A DNA stretch of 33,724 nucleotides from NCBI GenBank assembly GCA_030627385.1, contig DAOUSF010000003.1, positions 1 to 33,724 of the forward strand. Direction: 5' to 3'. The first letter of the stretch is position 1, and each line of letters opens with the position of its first letter. The stretch comes from Methanosarcinales archaeon (GTDB lineage Archaea > Halobacteriota > Methanosarcinia > Methanosarcinales > Methanocomedenaceae). The notes under the pieces were generated by a model. The model made no database searches, was not told where the DNA came from, and worked only from the letters and a program-made list of their open reading frames with translations. The position numbers and the translations under genes were made by a program. Of the stretch, positions 1-11,050 are shown piece by piece.

Positions 1-153
1 CCATGGAGACAATTTGCAATAACCTTATGGAACATAATCTGTCTCTATGATTTCCAAAGCCCCCATCTGGTGAGTGTTTAACGCATCCGTCCTGTGTTAT
101 TAGCCGGATGCTGTCTTTCCCGGTGCGTGCCCCATATATCACTACACCCCACC

Positions 154-1131
154 TCACAGATCCAGGTGCGGGTTCAGGTCGCATCCGGTACAGGGCAGGC
201 ACATAGTACGGGACACATCGGCCCGCAGCCCGTGATCATCCAGTATCCGGCGCAGTATCCGTGTAAGTTTTAAGAGCCGATCCCTGTCAGGCCGCTCAAT
301 ATCTACCTCACCAACCCGCAGCGGATGCATACTTGCTGCCCTTAGTATGGGCACCACATCCATTAAAGCCAGTTCCTCAAGTCCTGCCTCCACTGTTTCG
401 TCAGATTCCCCCAGGCCGATAATAAAGTTGGAAAACACGAAGTTCCTGCCGAACAATCCAACTGCTTCTTTCAGTTTCCCAATAATGAAATCGTGGTCCA
501 TACCCGGGCATACACGTTTGAATATTTCGCGGTCCATGGTCTCCACATTGTACTTTATTTCTACTGCTCCAGCTTCCTTCAATTTCCGGTTGGAATCAAC
601 TGTGGGGTAGACAGACACCCCGATAGGTAGATTGTATTTCCCGAGGGCTTTCACAGCCTCTACTGCCCTTTCCACTTCCTCTTCAGCAGACCCTGCCACG
701 CCAGACGTAATGGAAATCGCCTTCAAGTTACCCGTGCTGTACGCCTCCTCCACCATGCGAACGATCTCATCCAGGCTCTTGATCTTACCTGAAAGTTTTG
801 GGACCGGACAGTACTTACAATCAAAAATACACTGCTCACTGATAGTGATATATGCCTGTTGTGGGCAGTGTATCAGTTCCGCTTCAATATGCCCCCTGAC
901 CAATACTTCTGGTCCCTTGAATATCACGATATCGCCGTTATCAGCTACAGCTTTCAACCCGGACCCTTCATCTACTGCCAGCCTGACCCGGTGAGCGTTC
1001 CAGCTGAAGAAAAAGGCAGTTCCACCTGCTCCGGGTCCTGCCGTTGGTACGGTAATCTCACCAAGTAATGACCTGTCGATATCAATAGTACCAACGGCTA
1101 TAAGCTCGGCTTTAATTTCTGCATCACTCAT
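154..1131 (-). CDS. Radical SAM protein, biotin-synthase-like fold, function unknown
   Basis: CxxxCxxC motif (CIFDCKYC), TSG and IIGLGE motifs typical of BioB-like radical SAM proteins, and an extra C-terminal CxxCxxC (CLPCTGC). ATG at 1131 preferred over the TTG at 1152. Confidence 0.85.
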   Translation of the reverse strand: MSDAEIKAELIAVGTIDIDRSLLGEITVPTAGPGAGGTAFFFSWNAHRVRLAVDEGSGLKAVADNGDIVIFKGPEVLVRGHIEAELIHCPQQAYITISEQCIFDCKYCPVPKLSGKIKSLDEIVRMVEEAYSTGNLKAISITSGVAGSAEEEVERAVEAVKALGKYNLPIGVSVYPTVDSNRKLKEAGAVEIKYNVETMDREIFKRVCPGMDHDFIIGKLKEAVGLFGRNFVFSNFIIGLGESDETVEAGLEELALMDVVPILRAASMHPLRVGEVDIERPDRDRLLKLTRILRRILDDHGLRADVSRTMCLPCTGCDLNPHLDL

Positions 1132-1182
1132 GGCTATTACATTCCTTGTCAATTACTGCTATGATTTAATTACATTATGCAC

Positions 1183-1230
1183 GTATAGTTGTTGACCGTT
1201 TATAGGTATAGTTGTTGACCGGTTCGTCAA
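1183..1230. promoter_or_regulatory. 16-bp direct repeat (GTATAGTTGTTGACCG x2) in a divergent promoter; putative operator
   Basis: Identical 16-mers at 1183-1198 and 1206-1221 flank TTTATAG. The second copy overlaps TTGAC-N6-GTCAA (1215-1230). Confidence 0.6.
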
Positions 1231-1286
1231 ACGACGATGTGGTATTCGTTAGGTTTATATTATGTGCAGGTAAATTAGTACAATGC

Positions 1287-2015
1287 ATGCAAGGGGACAA
1301 TACCGATAGTGATATTAAGAACCGCCTTGCTGAAAAAATGGCTGGCGAAATAACACTCTCTAACAAGCCCGGAGAGGTTATGAAAAAATGGAGGATAAAT
1401 TTTGATGTGGCCCAGTCCGACCTATCCACATTTCTGGATGTTTCGCCTTCTGTTATCAGTGATTACGAGAGCGGGCGGAGGAAATCACCTGGTACTGTTA
1501 TTGTGAGCAAGATCGTGAACGCACTGCTCGATATCGACGAACAGCGCGGCAGTAAGAAGATCCGTGCGTATGAGAATATGATATCTGAGAGTTATGATAA
1601 AAAAATTGTGTTCGACATCCATGAATACACTTCCCCCATGCCCATGACCGAACTAGCAAACCTCATTGAAGCTGAAATAATACATGAGCAGAACTCAGAA
1701 TACGATAAGCAGCTATACGGTTATACGGTGGTGGACAGCCTCAAGGCAATCCTTGAATTGCCCTCCTATGAATTCCAGAGACTTTACGGTTGGAGCACAG
1801 AGAGGGCCATGATCTTCACCAGGGTATCAACGGGCAGGTCCCCGCTGGTTGCCATCAGGGTTACCAGCCTCAAGCCCGGTGCCATTGTGCTTCACGGGCT
1901 TAAAGGAAAGGACGTTGACCCCATTGCCAGGAAGATCGCAGAGGTTGAGAACATTCACTTAATGTCCACGATGATGCCTGTGGAATCAATGATCAAGATA
2001 CTTCAATCACGTTAA
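1287..2015 (+). CDS. XRE-type HTH transcriptional regulator of the archaeal family found upstream of HMG-CoA synthase
   Basis: HTH segment QSDLSTFLDVSPSVISDYESGRRKSPG. ATG 1287 lies 27 nt after a TTTATAT box (1254-1260), suggesting a leaderless mRNA. Confidence 0.85.
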   Translation: MQGDNTDSDIKNRLAEKMAGEITLSNKPGEVMKKWRINFDVAQSDLSTFLDVSPSVISDYESGRRKSPGTVIVSKIVNALLDIDEQRGSKKIRAYENMISESYDKKIVFDIHEYTSPMPMTELANLIEAEIIHEQNSEYDKQLYGYTVVDSLKAILELPSYEFQRLYGWSTERAMIFTRVSTGRSPLVAIRVTSLKPGAIVLHGLKGKDVDPIARKIAEVENIHLMSTMMPVESMIKILQSR

Positions 2016-2093
2016 TGGTGACCACAACAGATTTACCGGATAGGTCATTATTCTTCGAAATATAATATTATTACCATAATCCAGGTGAACCAT

Positions 2094-3134
2094 ATGAATG
2101 TAGGAATTATGTCTTACGGCGTATATATCCCCCGATATCGCATAAAATTAGAAGATATTGCTGCGGTCTGGGGAGCAGATGCCGCATCTATCAAGAAAGG
2201 GCTGAAGGTTAATGAAAAATCAGTCCCGGGTCTTGACGAGGACGCCATTACCATTGCTGTGGAAGCAGCACGCAGTGCTGTAAAAAGAGGTAATATTGAC
2301 ACTTCCGGGATCGGCGCTATTTATACCGGGTCCGAGAGCCACCCGTATGCCGTTAAACCCACAAGTACCATAGTAGCAGCAGCCATCGGGGCTGAACCCG
2401 TCCTCACAGCAGCAGATTATGAATTTGCATGCAAGGCAGGTACTGCCGCCATACAGACCTGCATGGGCATGGTAGCTGCCGGCATGATCGATATTGGCTT
2501 GGCCATAGGTGCGGACGTGTCCCAGGGTGCACCCGGCGATGCACTGGAATATACGGCTGCTGCCGGAGGTGCCGCATATGTGATCGGCTCCTCTCGGCTT
2601 GCAGCAATTATCGAAGATACATATTCGTTTACTACCGATACCCCTGATTTCTGGAGGCGTGAGGGAATGCTTTATCCTGAACACGGGGGAAGGTTTACCG
2701 GAGATCCGGGTTATTTCAGGCACGTGACCTCGGCGGCAAACGGCCTGATGGAAAAGATAGGTTCAAAACCTTCTGATTATGATTATGCTGTATTCCACCA
2801 GCCTAATGGGAAGTTCCCTGAAAGGGTTGCCGGGATGCTGGGATTCACAACCGGGCAAATAAAGCCAGGACTGGTGGTTCCAATGCTGGGCAACACATAT
2901 TCCGGTTCTTGTATGATCGGGCTGGCCGCCATTTTAGACCAGGCAAAGGAAGGGGACAGGATATTTATGACAGCATTTGGTTCAGGCGCGGGCAGTGATG
3001 CATTCAGCATCACGGTCACTGATAAGATAGAGGATATACGAAATAATGCCCCAAAGGTGCAGGAATTGCTTGCTGATCCTATATACCTGGATTATGCCAG
3101 CTATGCCAAGCACAAGGGCAAAATAAGGATGTGA
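2094..3134 (+). CDS. Hydroxymethylglutaryl-CoA synthase (archaeal)
   Basis: [11 protein letters not shown], catalytic [16 protein letters not shown] and GNTYSG motifs; AGGTGA RBS before ATG 2094. Confidence 0.95.
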   Translation: MNVGIMSYGVYIPRYRIKLEDIAAVWGADAASIKKGLKVNEKSVPGLDEDAITIAVEAARSAVKRGNIDTSGIGAIYTGSESHPYAVKPTSTIVAAAIGAEPVLTAADYEFACKAGTAAIQTCMGMVAAGMIDIGLAIGADVSQGAPGDALEYTAAAGGAAYVIGSSRLAAIIEDTYSFTTDTPDFWRREGMLYPEHGGRFTGDPGYFRHVTSAANGLMEKIGSKPSDYDYAVFHQPNGKFPERVAGMLGFTTGQIKPGLVVPMLGNTYSGSCMIGLAAILDQAKEGDRIFMTAFGSGAGSDAFSITVTDKIEDIRNNAPKVQELLADPIYLDYASYAKHKGKIRM

Positions 3135-3140
3135 TGCCGG

Positions 3141-4313
3141 ATGAGGGATGTTGCAATAATCGGTACTGGCTGTACTAAGTTCGGAGAGTTATGGGATCGT
3201 TCCTTAAGGGATATTTTCGTTGAGGCCGGAGTGTCCGCCATTGTGGATGCAGGTATCCAGGGAGAAGAGATCGACGGTCTGTATATGGGTAATATGAGCG
3301 GCGGCAGGTTTGTGGATCAGGAACATGTGGGCAGCCTGATAGCCGATTATGCCGGTTTGGCAAGTAAACTGCATGTGCCCGCCACAAGAGTGGAAGCTGC
3401 CTGTGCTTCCGGCGGCCTTGCACTGCGTCAGGGCATTCTTGCCGTGGCTTCCGGATATGCTGATATTATAGTAGCCGCGGGTGGTGAGAAGATGACAGAT
3501 GTGGACCTGGACACAGCCACAGATGCACTGGCAGCGGCTGCCGACAGGGAATGGGAAGGCATCATGGGTGCCACGTTCCCTGGTCTGTATGCAATGATAG
3601 CCAGGCTCCATATGCACAAATACGGTACTACATCAGAGCAGCTGGCTGCTGTTTCTGTGAAAAACCACCACAACGGTACCATGAACCCGATCGCCCAGTT
3701 TAAAAATGAGATCACCCTTGATACAGTGCTGCAATCCAACATGGTGGCTGATCCCCTGCACATGTTCGATTGTTCTCCAATATCCGACGGTGCGGCTGCT
3801 GTGGTGCTGGCCCCGGCAGATGTTGCAAAAAAATATACTGACACTCCTGTATACGTGAAGGCCACGACCCAGGCCAGCAGTCCTATCTCCCTCCACGATC
3901 GTTCGGATATAACCACACTGGACGCTTCAGTGGTGGCGGGTCAGCGTGCATATAAAATGGCCGGACTTACCCCTGGCGATATTGATCTAGTGGAAGTGCA
4001 TGATTGTTTCACCATTGCCGAGATATGTGCCATAGAAGACCTTGGATTTTTCGAAAAAGGTGATGGCGGCAGGGCATCGGAAGATGGCGAGACTGCCATT
4101 GGCAGTAGCATACCTGTGAATCCATCGGGCGGTCTTAAGGCCTGCGGGCATCCGGTGGGAGCAACCGGTATCAAACAGGCAGTGGTGATCACAGAGCAGT
4201 TGAGGGGAACAGCAGGTAAAAGCCAGGTCGATGGTGCCGGAATCGGTATGACCCATAACGTAGGCGGTTCGGGCGGCACTGCTGTGGTACATATTTTTTC
4301 GAGGGACAGGTGA
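3141..4313 (+). CDS. Acetyl-CoA C-acetyltransferase (archaeal thiolase)
   Basis: [30 protein letters not shown] and HNVGG motifs; operonic with HMGS. Confidence 0.95.
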   Translation: MRDVAIIGTGCTKFGELWDRSLRDIFVEAGVSAIVDAGIQGEEIDGLYMGNMSGGRFVDQEHVGSLIADYAGLASKLHVPATRVEAACASGGLALRQGILAVASGYADIIVAAGGEKMTDVDLDTATDALAAAADREWEGIMGATFPGLYAMIARLHMHKYGTTSEQLAAVSVKNHHNGTMNPIAQFKNEITLDTVLQSNMVADPLHMFDCSPISDGAAAVVLAPADVAKKYTDTPVYVKATTQASSPISLHDRSDITTLDASVVAGQRAYKMAGLTPGDIDLVEVHDCFTIAEICAIEDLGFFEKGDGGRASEDGETAIGSSIPVNPSGGLKACGHPVGATGIKQAVVITEQLRGTAGKSQVDGAGIGMTHNVGGSGGTAVVHIFSRDR

Positions 4314-4319
4314 TATAAA

Positions 4320-4709
4320 ATGACAGTTGCAAGGTTCTGGAGAAAGATCCCGCACAGGTATAATCTCATAGGTACCCACTGCACTACTTGTGGAGAATAT
4401 TATTTCCCGCCCAGGCAGATGTGTCCCACCTGCCGCAGGGATGGGAAGATCGAGAATTACCAGTTCGAAGGCAAAGGCGAGGTTATCACTTATACCGTAA
4501 TCCATACGGCAGCTAAGGGCTATGCCAACCAGGTCCCGTATAACCTGGCAATAATTAAACTTAACGAAGGTCCCAGCCTGACCGGTCAGGTAATATGCGA
4601 ACCAGGAGAATTAGAGATCGGTACCAGGGTACGTCCGGTGTTCAGGAAACTGGGCGAGGAAAGTGAAAAGGGTATGATCTATTACGGTACCAAGTTCGTT
4701 CCCGAATAA
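4320..4709 (+). CDS. DUF35 Zn-ribbon/OB-fold scaffold subunit of the thiolase-HMGS complex
   Basis: CxxC...CxxC (CTTC, CPTC) plus an OB-fold-like C-terminus; AGGTGA RBS; third gene of the known archaeal thiolase/HMGS/DUF35 set. Confidence 0.93.
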   Translation: MTVARFWRKIPHRYNLIGTHCTTCGEYYFPPRQMCPTCRRDGKIENYQFEGKGEVITYTVIHTAAKGYANQVPYNLAIIKLNEGPSLTGQVICEPGELEIGTRVRPVFRKLGEESEKGMIYYGTKFVPE

Positions 4710-4711
4710 CA

Positions 4712-6091
4712 TTAAATTCCATCAAATCCTTTACGGACTATCTCGATGCCATGATCCCCGATAATGTATTTCCGTACCGACAGGTCATGGTGGCTGCCCC
4801 TTAGCTTAAGAACTGACAGGGTACGGTCAAACCTGTTCTCTGCATCTGTAAAATTAAGCATGATAATGGCATCGGCTATGGATGATATACTCATATTATG
4901 TATGTTATCAGGTGCTATTTTCTTTGATAACTCGTTGGTCAACATAACGGTGATGTCTTTGTACTTTAAAAAATCAGTGAGCAGCCTGATATGTTCCCTC
5001 AATTCTACCGGATCCGGTATGACTGATTCAAGGTTATATACCCCATCATATAGCAATCGTTTTACATTAATGTCCTCCACTTGTGACTTAATCTCCAGGT
5101 TATGTTCGTCCGGTGAAATATCCCTGGGATTTGCATAGATTATCCTAAGCAGGCCACTATCCATGAACCCCTTAAGGTCCCAGCCCATCCTGGAAGCTTC
5201 ATATATCAACTGGTCCCCGCGTTCCTCGAACAATATGATCATTCCAGGTTCACCCAGTTCCAATCCTGCCATTATGAACTGCAGGCCAAGAATTGTCTTA
5301 CCCGTCCCTGGTCCCCCCATGACCAGTATTGTGGATTGGGAAGGTATCCCTCCATGCATCATGCTGTCAAGTCCCATGACCCCGGTTGATAATTGATGAT
5401 TGCCTAATTGCCGATTGCTTATTGCAGGTTCAAGTTTGGGGAAGATACAGATACCTTCTGTTTTGATCTTGAAATCATAACATCGGGTAATATCAGATGT
5501 TTTACCCACACCCCGCATTTTAACCATATACATCTTCCTTATAGTCCTGTTCCCGATTGTTCTTTGGTCCAGGTATATCACGCCGTCTGTAATGTGGGAC
5601 AGGATCGAATTGTGGACTTCCTGCCTGCTCAATTCTCCTGTTACCAGTGTTTGGGCAGACCAGTCCTGCAGCATTGCATCAAAGGAATAATAAAAGCGGC
5701 GGATATCACTGACAGGAAAGCCAAAACCCAGCGTAGTCAGGGGGTTTATCACTACCCGGTCAGGATTGATGGAAGCCATTATGGTACCTATGTCCAGAAG
5801 GATGGTCAGTGGATCCTTCTCTGCAGTGGATCGGTCCACAGGACGCACAATGATATTGTCATTAAAAAAGGTGTAATTGTGTAAATAGTCCACCAGTTTT
5901 TCCGCTGACTGGGACGTGATTGGGATATAGAGTGCTTTTTCACCGTTTGCAGCAGCAGCTGATAATGATTGTAGTGCCAGGGTGGTTTTCCCGACACCTA
6001 CGCTGCCTGCGATAAGGACCAATGATGGTTTTGGCAGGCCACCACCTAATATTTTATCCAGGTATGCAATGCCGCTGGGACAAAGTTTCAT
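4712..6091 (-). CDS. KaiC-family double-domain RecA-like ATPase
   Basis: Two Walker A motifs (GSVGVGKT, GGPGTGKT), KMRG and KLRGSHH arginine-finger motifs, and SSIAD at the KaiC phosphosite position. Confidence 0.9.
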   Translation of the reverse strand: MKLCPSGIAYLDKILGGGLPKPSLVLIAGSVGVGKTTLALQSLSAAAANGEKALYIPITSQSAEKLVDYLHNYTFFNDNIIVRPVDRSTAEKDPLTILLDIGTIMASINPDRVVINPLTTLGFGFPVSDIRRFYYSFDAMLQDWSAQTLVTGELSRQEVHNSILSHITDGVIYLDQRTIGNRTIRKMYMVKMRGVGKTSDITRCYDFKIKTEGICIFPKLEPAISNRQLGNHQLSTGVMGLDSMMHGGIPSQSTILVMGGPGTGKTILGLQFIMAGLELGEPGMIILFEERGDQLIYEASRMGWDLKGFMDSGLLRIIYANPRDISPDEHNLEIKSQVEDINVKRLLYDGVYNLESVIPDPVELREHIRLLTDFLKYKDITVMLTNELSKKIAPDNIHNMSISSIADAIIMLNFTDAENRFDRTLSVLKLRGSHHDLSVRKYIIGDHGIEIVRKGFDGI

Positions 6092-6174
6092 AAGTATTAA
6101 ATATGTTTAACATTTAAATATTTATACTTATTGAAAACAAACTTTATCCCAAATCCTGCAATGGTAAGGATATA

Positions 6175-8142
6175 CTATCCATGGTTTTTCTTATTGTTCT
6201 GTAGTGCTATTTCGATTTCATGCACAGCTTCCGGATTGGCAAGGGTGGAGATATCCCCTACTTCCTTTGATATAAGGGCCAAGCGCACTATCCTGCGCAT
6301 GATCTTACCGCTTCGGGTTTTTGGGAGGTCGTTGACAAAGTATATCGTGTCCGGCCTGGCGATCTTCCCGATCTCTTCGGCCACGTGGCCCCTTAGTTCC
6401 TGCAACAGTTCTTCATTGTGATCAACTCCGATCTTTAACACTACAAATGCAGTTATGCTCTCACCTTTGAGGTCGTCGGGACGGCCTACTACCGCTGCTT
6501 CACTTACATGTGGGTGACTGACCAGTGCGGATTCCACTTCTGAGTTGCCTATCCTGTGGCCTGATACGTTCAATACGTCATCGCCCCTGCCCTGTACCCA
6601 GAAATAACCGTCACTGTCTATCCTGGCAATATCCCCTGTTATGAATTCACCGGCTTTGTTGTAGTAATGCTCTTCATACCTCCCTGAGTCATGGTAGAGG
6701 GTACGCAGCATGGCTGGCCATGGACTGTTCATAACCAAATTGCCACCTTCATTTATGACAGGTTTGCCATCATGGTCAAGTACCAGGGCACTAAAACCAG
6801 GCAATGGTCTTCCTGCAGACCCGGGTCTGGTGGGCGACAGGGGCAGCGGGGAAATTACAAAACTACCGGTCTCGGTCTGCCACCAGGTATCCATTACCGG
6901 GCACCGTTTATTACCAATGTTCTCATAGTACCATATCCAGGCTTCAGGGTTGATGGGTTCACCCACACTGCCCAGGAGCCGCAGGCTGTCCATATTGTTT
7001 TTCCGGGTCCATTCTTCGCCAAAGCGCATGTGCATCCGGATGGATGTGGGTGAAGTAAAGAGTACACTTACCTTGTGCCGTTCAATCATTTCCCATAACC
7101 TGTTTGGCTGTGGGTGGGCGGGAGCACCTTCATAAAGCAATGAGGTCACGCCAAGTATTAAAGGGGCATATACAATGTAGCTGTGTCCGGTTATCCATCC
7201 GATATCGGCGGCACACCACCAGATATCATCTGGTTTCAGGTCAAATACCCATTTAAGTGTGAATGAAATTCCTACAGCATATCCGCCGTGAACATGTAAA
7301 ACGCCTTTTGGCTTACCTGTGGTACCGGAGGTGTACAGGATAAAGAGCGGGTCTTCCGAATCCATTATCTCGGTTTCGCATTCTAATGGCTGGTCATTTG
7401 TCAACTCATGCCACCACAGGTCGTTTTCTCCCATTTGAACATCACAATTAGCCCATTTGTATACAATCGTATTATTGACCTCAGTACCCTCGACTCCTTT
7501 CTCTGCCTCTGCTTTTAAGTTGATGACCTTCCCTTTTCTCCAGAAACCATCGGCAGTTATCAATGTCTTTGCATCTGAACTGATAATCCTGTCTTTTAGT
7601 GCATTGGCAGAGTAACCTGAGAATACTACACTGTGTACTGCACCGATCTTTGCACATGCCAGCATGGCTATGGGCAGGGCAGGTATCATGGGCATGTATA
7701 TTTCCACTCTGTCGCCTTTACCCACACCCAGTTGTTTAAGGCCGTTGGCCAGCTTGTTAACCTCATGGTACAGTTCCAGGTATGTAAGTCTGGTCACATC
7801 GCCTTGTTCGGATTCGAATATGTAGGCTACCTTGTTCTCTGTGGGTGTACCGATGTGGCGGTCGAGGGCGTCGTGGACGATGTTGTATCTGGCATTGGTG
7901 AACCAGTGGTAGAAGGGTTTTTTGGAATCGTCCAGGACTTTATCGTAGGGTGAGTACCAGTCTACTAAGTCTTTTTCTACTTCGCCCCAGAACCATTCGA
8001 TGTCCTGGCTGCGCTCATAAAGTGACTCGATATCAGGGATGTCATGGGCGTCCATCCACTGTTTGACATTGCTCTGTTCAACTATTTCTTCCGGAGGATG
8101 GAATGTTCGGTTCTCATCTAATAGCACTTCTACTCTGGTCAT
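6175..8142 (-). CDS. acs: Acetate--CoA ligase (AMP-forming acetyl-CoA synthetase)
   Basis: [31 protein letters not shown] and [12 protein letters not shown] signatures; AAGGAG RBS. Confidence 0.95.
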   Translation of the reverse strand: MTRVEVLLDENRTFHPPEEIVEQSNVKQWMDAHDIPDIESLYERSQDIEWFWGEVEKDLVDWYSPYDKVLDDSKKPFYHWFTNARYNIVHDALDRHIGTPTENKVAYIFESEQGDVTRLTYLELYHEVNKLANGLKQLGVGKGDRVEIYMPMIPALPIAMLACAKIGAVHSVVFSGYSANALKDRIISSDAKTLITADGFWRKGKVINLKAEAEKGVEGTEVNNTIVYKWANCDVQMGENDLWWHELTNDQPLECETEIMDSEDPLFILYTSGTTGKPKGVLHVHGGYAVGISFTLKWVFDLKPDDIWWCAADIGWITGHSYIVYAPLILGVTSLLYEGAPAHPQPNRLWEMIERHKVSVLFTSPTSIRMHMRFGEEWTRKNNMDSLRLLGSVGEPINPEAWIWYYENIGNKRCPVMDTWWQTETGSFVISPLPLSPTRPGSAGRPLPGFSALVLDHDGKPVINEGGNLVMNSPWPAMLRTLYHDSGRYEEHYYNKAGEFITGDIARIDSDGYFWVQGRGDDVLNVSGHRIGNSEVESALVSHPHVSEAAVVGRPDDLKGESITAFVVLKIGVDHNEELLQELRGHVAEEIGKIARPDTIYFVNDLPKTRSGKIMRRIVRLALISKEVGDISTLANPEAVHEIEIALQNNKKNHG

Positions 8143-8364
8143 TTTAAAAAAAACTCCTTTATTTAAGATTGTGTTAATATTATTGTCTGGAAGGATAAAA
8201 TTTTCTAACGCAAGGGGAGGTGGGGGAGGATAGAAATATTCATATAATCAGAGAATAATTTTGAAGATGTGTTATATACAAGTCTCGTTACATTTTGTAT
8301 AGGGTATACTGTGACTTGAATATTAAATAACTTACTAAATAATTAATAAATAGGCGGTATAAAA

Positions 8365-10020
8365 ATGAATCAGTCCCAATTCATAATGCGTTTTGATCCC
8401 CTCACAATTAAACATCTTGGAGTACGGATGTATTCTACTCTTACTCCTGCATTAGCTGAAATCATTTCAAATTCCTATGATGCCGATGCAACAAATGTAA
8501 CTGTTAAATTAATTCAAGATGGCAACGTCCCAAAAGAAATAAAAGTTGAAGATGATGGAATGGGGCTATCATTTGATGAAATAAATGATAAATTTCTAGT
8601 TATTGGACGCAATAGACGGGATGATATAGGTGATGTTCCTTCACCTAAATATAAACGTTATTCAACCGGGAAAAAAGGACTCGGCAAACTTGCACTTTTT
8701 GGTTTAGCAAATACCATCACAATTTCAACAATACAGAAAGGAAAAGTAAATGAATTTGTATTAGACTGGGACGATTTAATGGCAGCAACAGGAAATTATC
8801 AACCTAGAGCGACAATTACAAACGAAAATACTACAGAAGCCGATGGTACAGTAATTACGATGTCAGGCTTAAAAAGAAAAACGCCGTTTGATTTTACAGG
8901 TTTGGCAGATAGTTTATCTCGAATATTTATTTTCGACGAGACATTTAATTTATTGATTGAATCATCTTCTGGAGACCGAACATCTATAGATAATAAAAGA
9001 AAATACAGTTTGATCACAAAACAATTTGAATGGAATCTTGACTCCACTCTATATGTACCACTCGATTGTCCATATTTCGGAAAAATTGAAGGCAATATCA
9101 TAACTTCAGATAAACCATTGAAACCATCATCAGGTCTGAGAGGAATTACCTTGTTTTCGAGAGGAAAACTTGTTAATGCACCTGAATATTTTTCTGATAC
9201 CCAATCAAGTCACTTTTATCAATATTTAACCGGATGGATAAGTGTAGATTTTATTGATGAATTAGAAGATGATGTTATATCAACAAATCGTCAGTCTATA
9301 GATTGGGAACACTCGGAAATGGCAAGCCTTAGGGAATTTCTTTCAGGGATAGTATCTCAAATTAATGGCGAATGGCGACTAAAGCGAAAAGAAATAAAGG
9401 ACGATGATTTAAAAGAAAAAACAGGAATTGATACAGAAAAATGGATAAATACTTTAACGGGTGATGTAAAAAATAATACCAAACAAATTATCGAATCATT
9501 GGGCGAAGAAGATGCTCTTGAAAAATATACTCCTGTCATAAAAGCACTTCATAATATGATTCCCGAATATCCATTTTATCATTGGAGACATTTGCATTCT
9601 GAAGTTCAAATAATATCAAAAGAATATTATGAAACTGAAAATTATTATACTGCATTTCTTGAAGCAATAAAAAAATATTCTAATGCCGTAAAATCAAAAT
9701 CCGGCAGCAGTGCAACTTCTGATCTTAATTTAATGGGAAAAGTTTTTAACGACTCAGATGGAATTCTAAAGGTTATAGGAGAATATAAAAAAATAGATGG
9801 GGTCAATTTTTCGGAAGAGACACAAAGAAATGTGCAAAATGGACAACAACATTTATCACAAGGTATTGTTGCTGGTGGACGAAATCCTCTTTCTCATGAA
9901 GAAATTGGTGAATTAAAAATCTCCGGTTTATTCTCTGAGAGTGACTGTTTAGATATGCTTAGTTTATTATCTCATTTGTTTAAAAGACTGGATAAATCAA
10001 CAAAGGAAACTAATGATTAA
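8365..10020 (+). CDS. GHKL (MORC-like/HATPase_c_3) ATPase fused to a C-terminal TIGR02391 (Ymh, HEPN-like) domain
   Basis: GHKL motifs EIISNSYDA, EDDGMG, GKKGLGK and DGT. The C-terminal region LHSEV...YYTAFLEA...LMGKVF...GRNPLSHE carries an Rx4H motif (9880-9897). Confidence 0.8.
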   Translation: MNQSQFIMRFDPLTIKHLGVRMYSTLTPALAEIISNSYDADATNVTVKLIQDGNVPKEIKVEDDGMGLSFDEINDKFLVIGRNRRDDIGDVPSPKYKRYSTGKKGLGKLALFGLANTITISTIQKGKVNEFVLDWDDLMAATGNYQPRATITNENTTEADGTVITMSGLKRKTPFDFTGLADSLSRIFIFDETFNLLIESSSGDRTSIDNKRKYSLITKQFEWNLDSTLYVPLDCPYFGKIEGNIITSDKPLKPSSGLRGITLFSRGKLVNAPEYFSDTQSSHFYQYLTGWISVDFIDELEDDVISTNRQSIDWEHSEMASLREFLSGIVSQINGEWRLKRKEIKDDDLKEKTGIDTEKWINTLTGDVKNNTKQIIESLGEEDALEKYTPVIKALHNMIPEYPFYHWRHLHSEVQIISKEYYETENYYTAFLEAIKKYSNAVKSKSGSSATSDLNLMGKVFNDSDGILKVIGEYKKIDGVNFSEETQRNVQNGQQHLSQGIVAGGRNPLSHEEIGELKISGLFSESDCLDMLSLLSHLFKRLDKSTKETND

Positions 10021-11050
10021 ACAAAATTTCAAAGCCATTGATCTTTTCTCTGGTTGTGGTGGTCTGACCGAAGGAATGAAACAAGCCGGGTTTAAAGTGA
10101 TTGCAGCAGTGGAGATAGATCACTATGCGGCCGAAACTTACAAAAATAACCACAAGAATGTAAATTTATTCGAACAGGATATAACAAATGTGAATCCGGG
10201 TGATATTAAAATAATTTTGGGCGGGGAGCCATTGCATTTATTGGCTGGTTGCCCACCATGTCAAGGTTTTTCATCCGTCCGAAGGTTAAATAAAAAAGAA
10301 CCTGTGAAGGATGCAAGAAATGATTTGATTTGGGAATATTACAGGTTTGTCGAAGCTCTGATGCCCTTAACGCTTATGATGGAAAACGTTCCGAGTTTGG
10401 CGGATTATAAACCCTTTCAAAATATGGTAGAAAAATTAAAACATCTGGGATATTCTAGTGTCAAATATGAAAAAATTATGACTCATGAGTATGGCGTTCC
10501 GCAAAGAAGGCGGAGATTGGTTCTGGTGGCTTCGAGAATCGGGAAAATCGATATACCCCAAGGAAATAAAAAATTCAAAACCGTTCGGGATTGTATAGGC
10601 AACATCGAACCAGTCGAATCCACCACGGATTTACTGCACAAAATATATCCTATACATACTCCAAAAGTATATGAAAAAATTTCCAAAATCCCTTTGGACG
10701 GTGGAAGTCGAAAAGATTTACCTGTTGAGTATCAGCTGAAGTGCCATATGAAAGAAAATGTTGGATTTAATGACATTTATGGAAGATTGAAATGGGATTC
10801 TTTTTCATCGACCATTACTGGCGGTTGTCTGAATCCGTCAAAGGGTAGATTTCTTCATCCTCAAGAAAACAGATGTATTACGGCGAGGGAGGCGGCATTA
10901 TTGCAGACATTTCCCAAAAAATATAAGTTCCCTATAAATATCAATAAAAGTGCCATTGCTCTTATGATAGGGAATGCCTTACCGCCCGAATTCAGTAGAA
11001 TACAGTGCAATAATATTTATAACCACTTGAAGGATAATTTAAATGGTTGA
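10013..11050 (+). CDS. DNA (cytosine-5) methyltransferase
   Basis: FSGCGG (motif I), GCPPCQGFS (IV), MENV (VI), QRRRR (VIII) and IGNALP (X); overlaps the upstream gene by 8 nt. Confidence 0.95.
   Translation: MIKQNFKAIDLFSGCGGLTEGMKQAGFKVIAAVEIDHYAAETYKNNHKNVNLFEQDITNVNPGDIKIILGGEPLHLLAGCPPCQGFSSVRRLNKKEPVKDARNDLIWEYYRFVEALMPLTLMMENVPSLADYKPFQNMVEKLKHLGYSSVKYEKIMTHEYGVPQRRRRLVLVASRIGKIDIPQGNKKFKTVRDCIGNIEPVESTTDLLHKIYPIHTPKVYEKISKIPLDGGSRKDLPVEYQLKCHMKENVGFNDIYGRLKWDSFSSTITGGCLNPSKGRFLHPQENRCITAREAALLQTFPKKYKFPININKSAIALMIGNALPPEFSRIQCNNIYNHLKDNLNG

Noticed and set aside
1-142. Open minus-strand frame from a GTG (VIYGARTGKDSIRL...) running off the left edge after a GAGGTG
   Set aside because: No recognisable motif and it is truncated by the window, so it cannot be supported as a gene.
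2094-4709. HMGS-thiolase-DUF35 as a novel system
   Set aside because: This is an established archaeal mevalonate-pathway complex.
4712-6091. KaiC as a circadian clock
   Set aside because: No kaiA or kaiB in the window, and KaiC-like ATPases are widespread in archaea without evidence of a clock.
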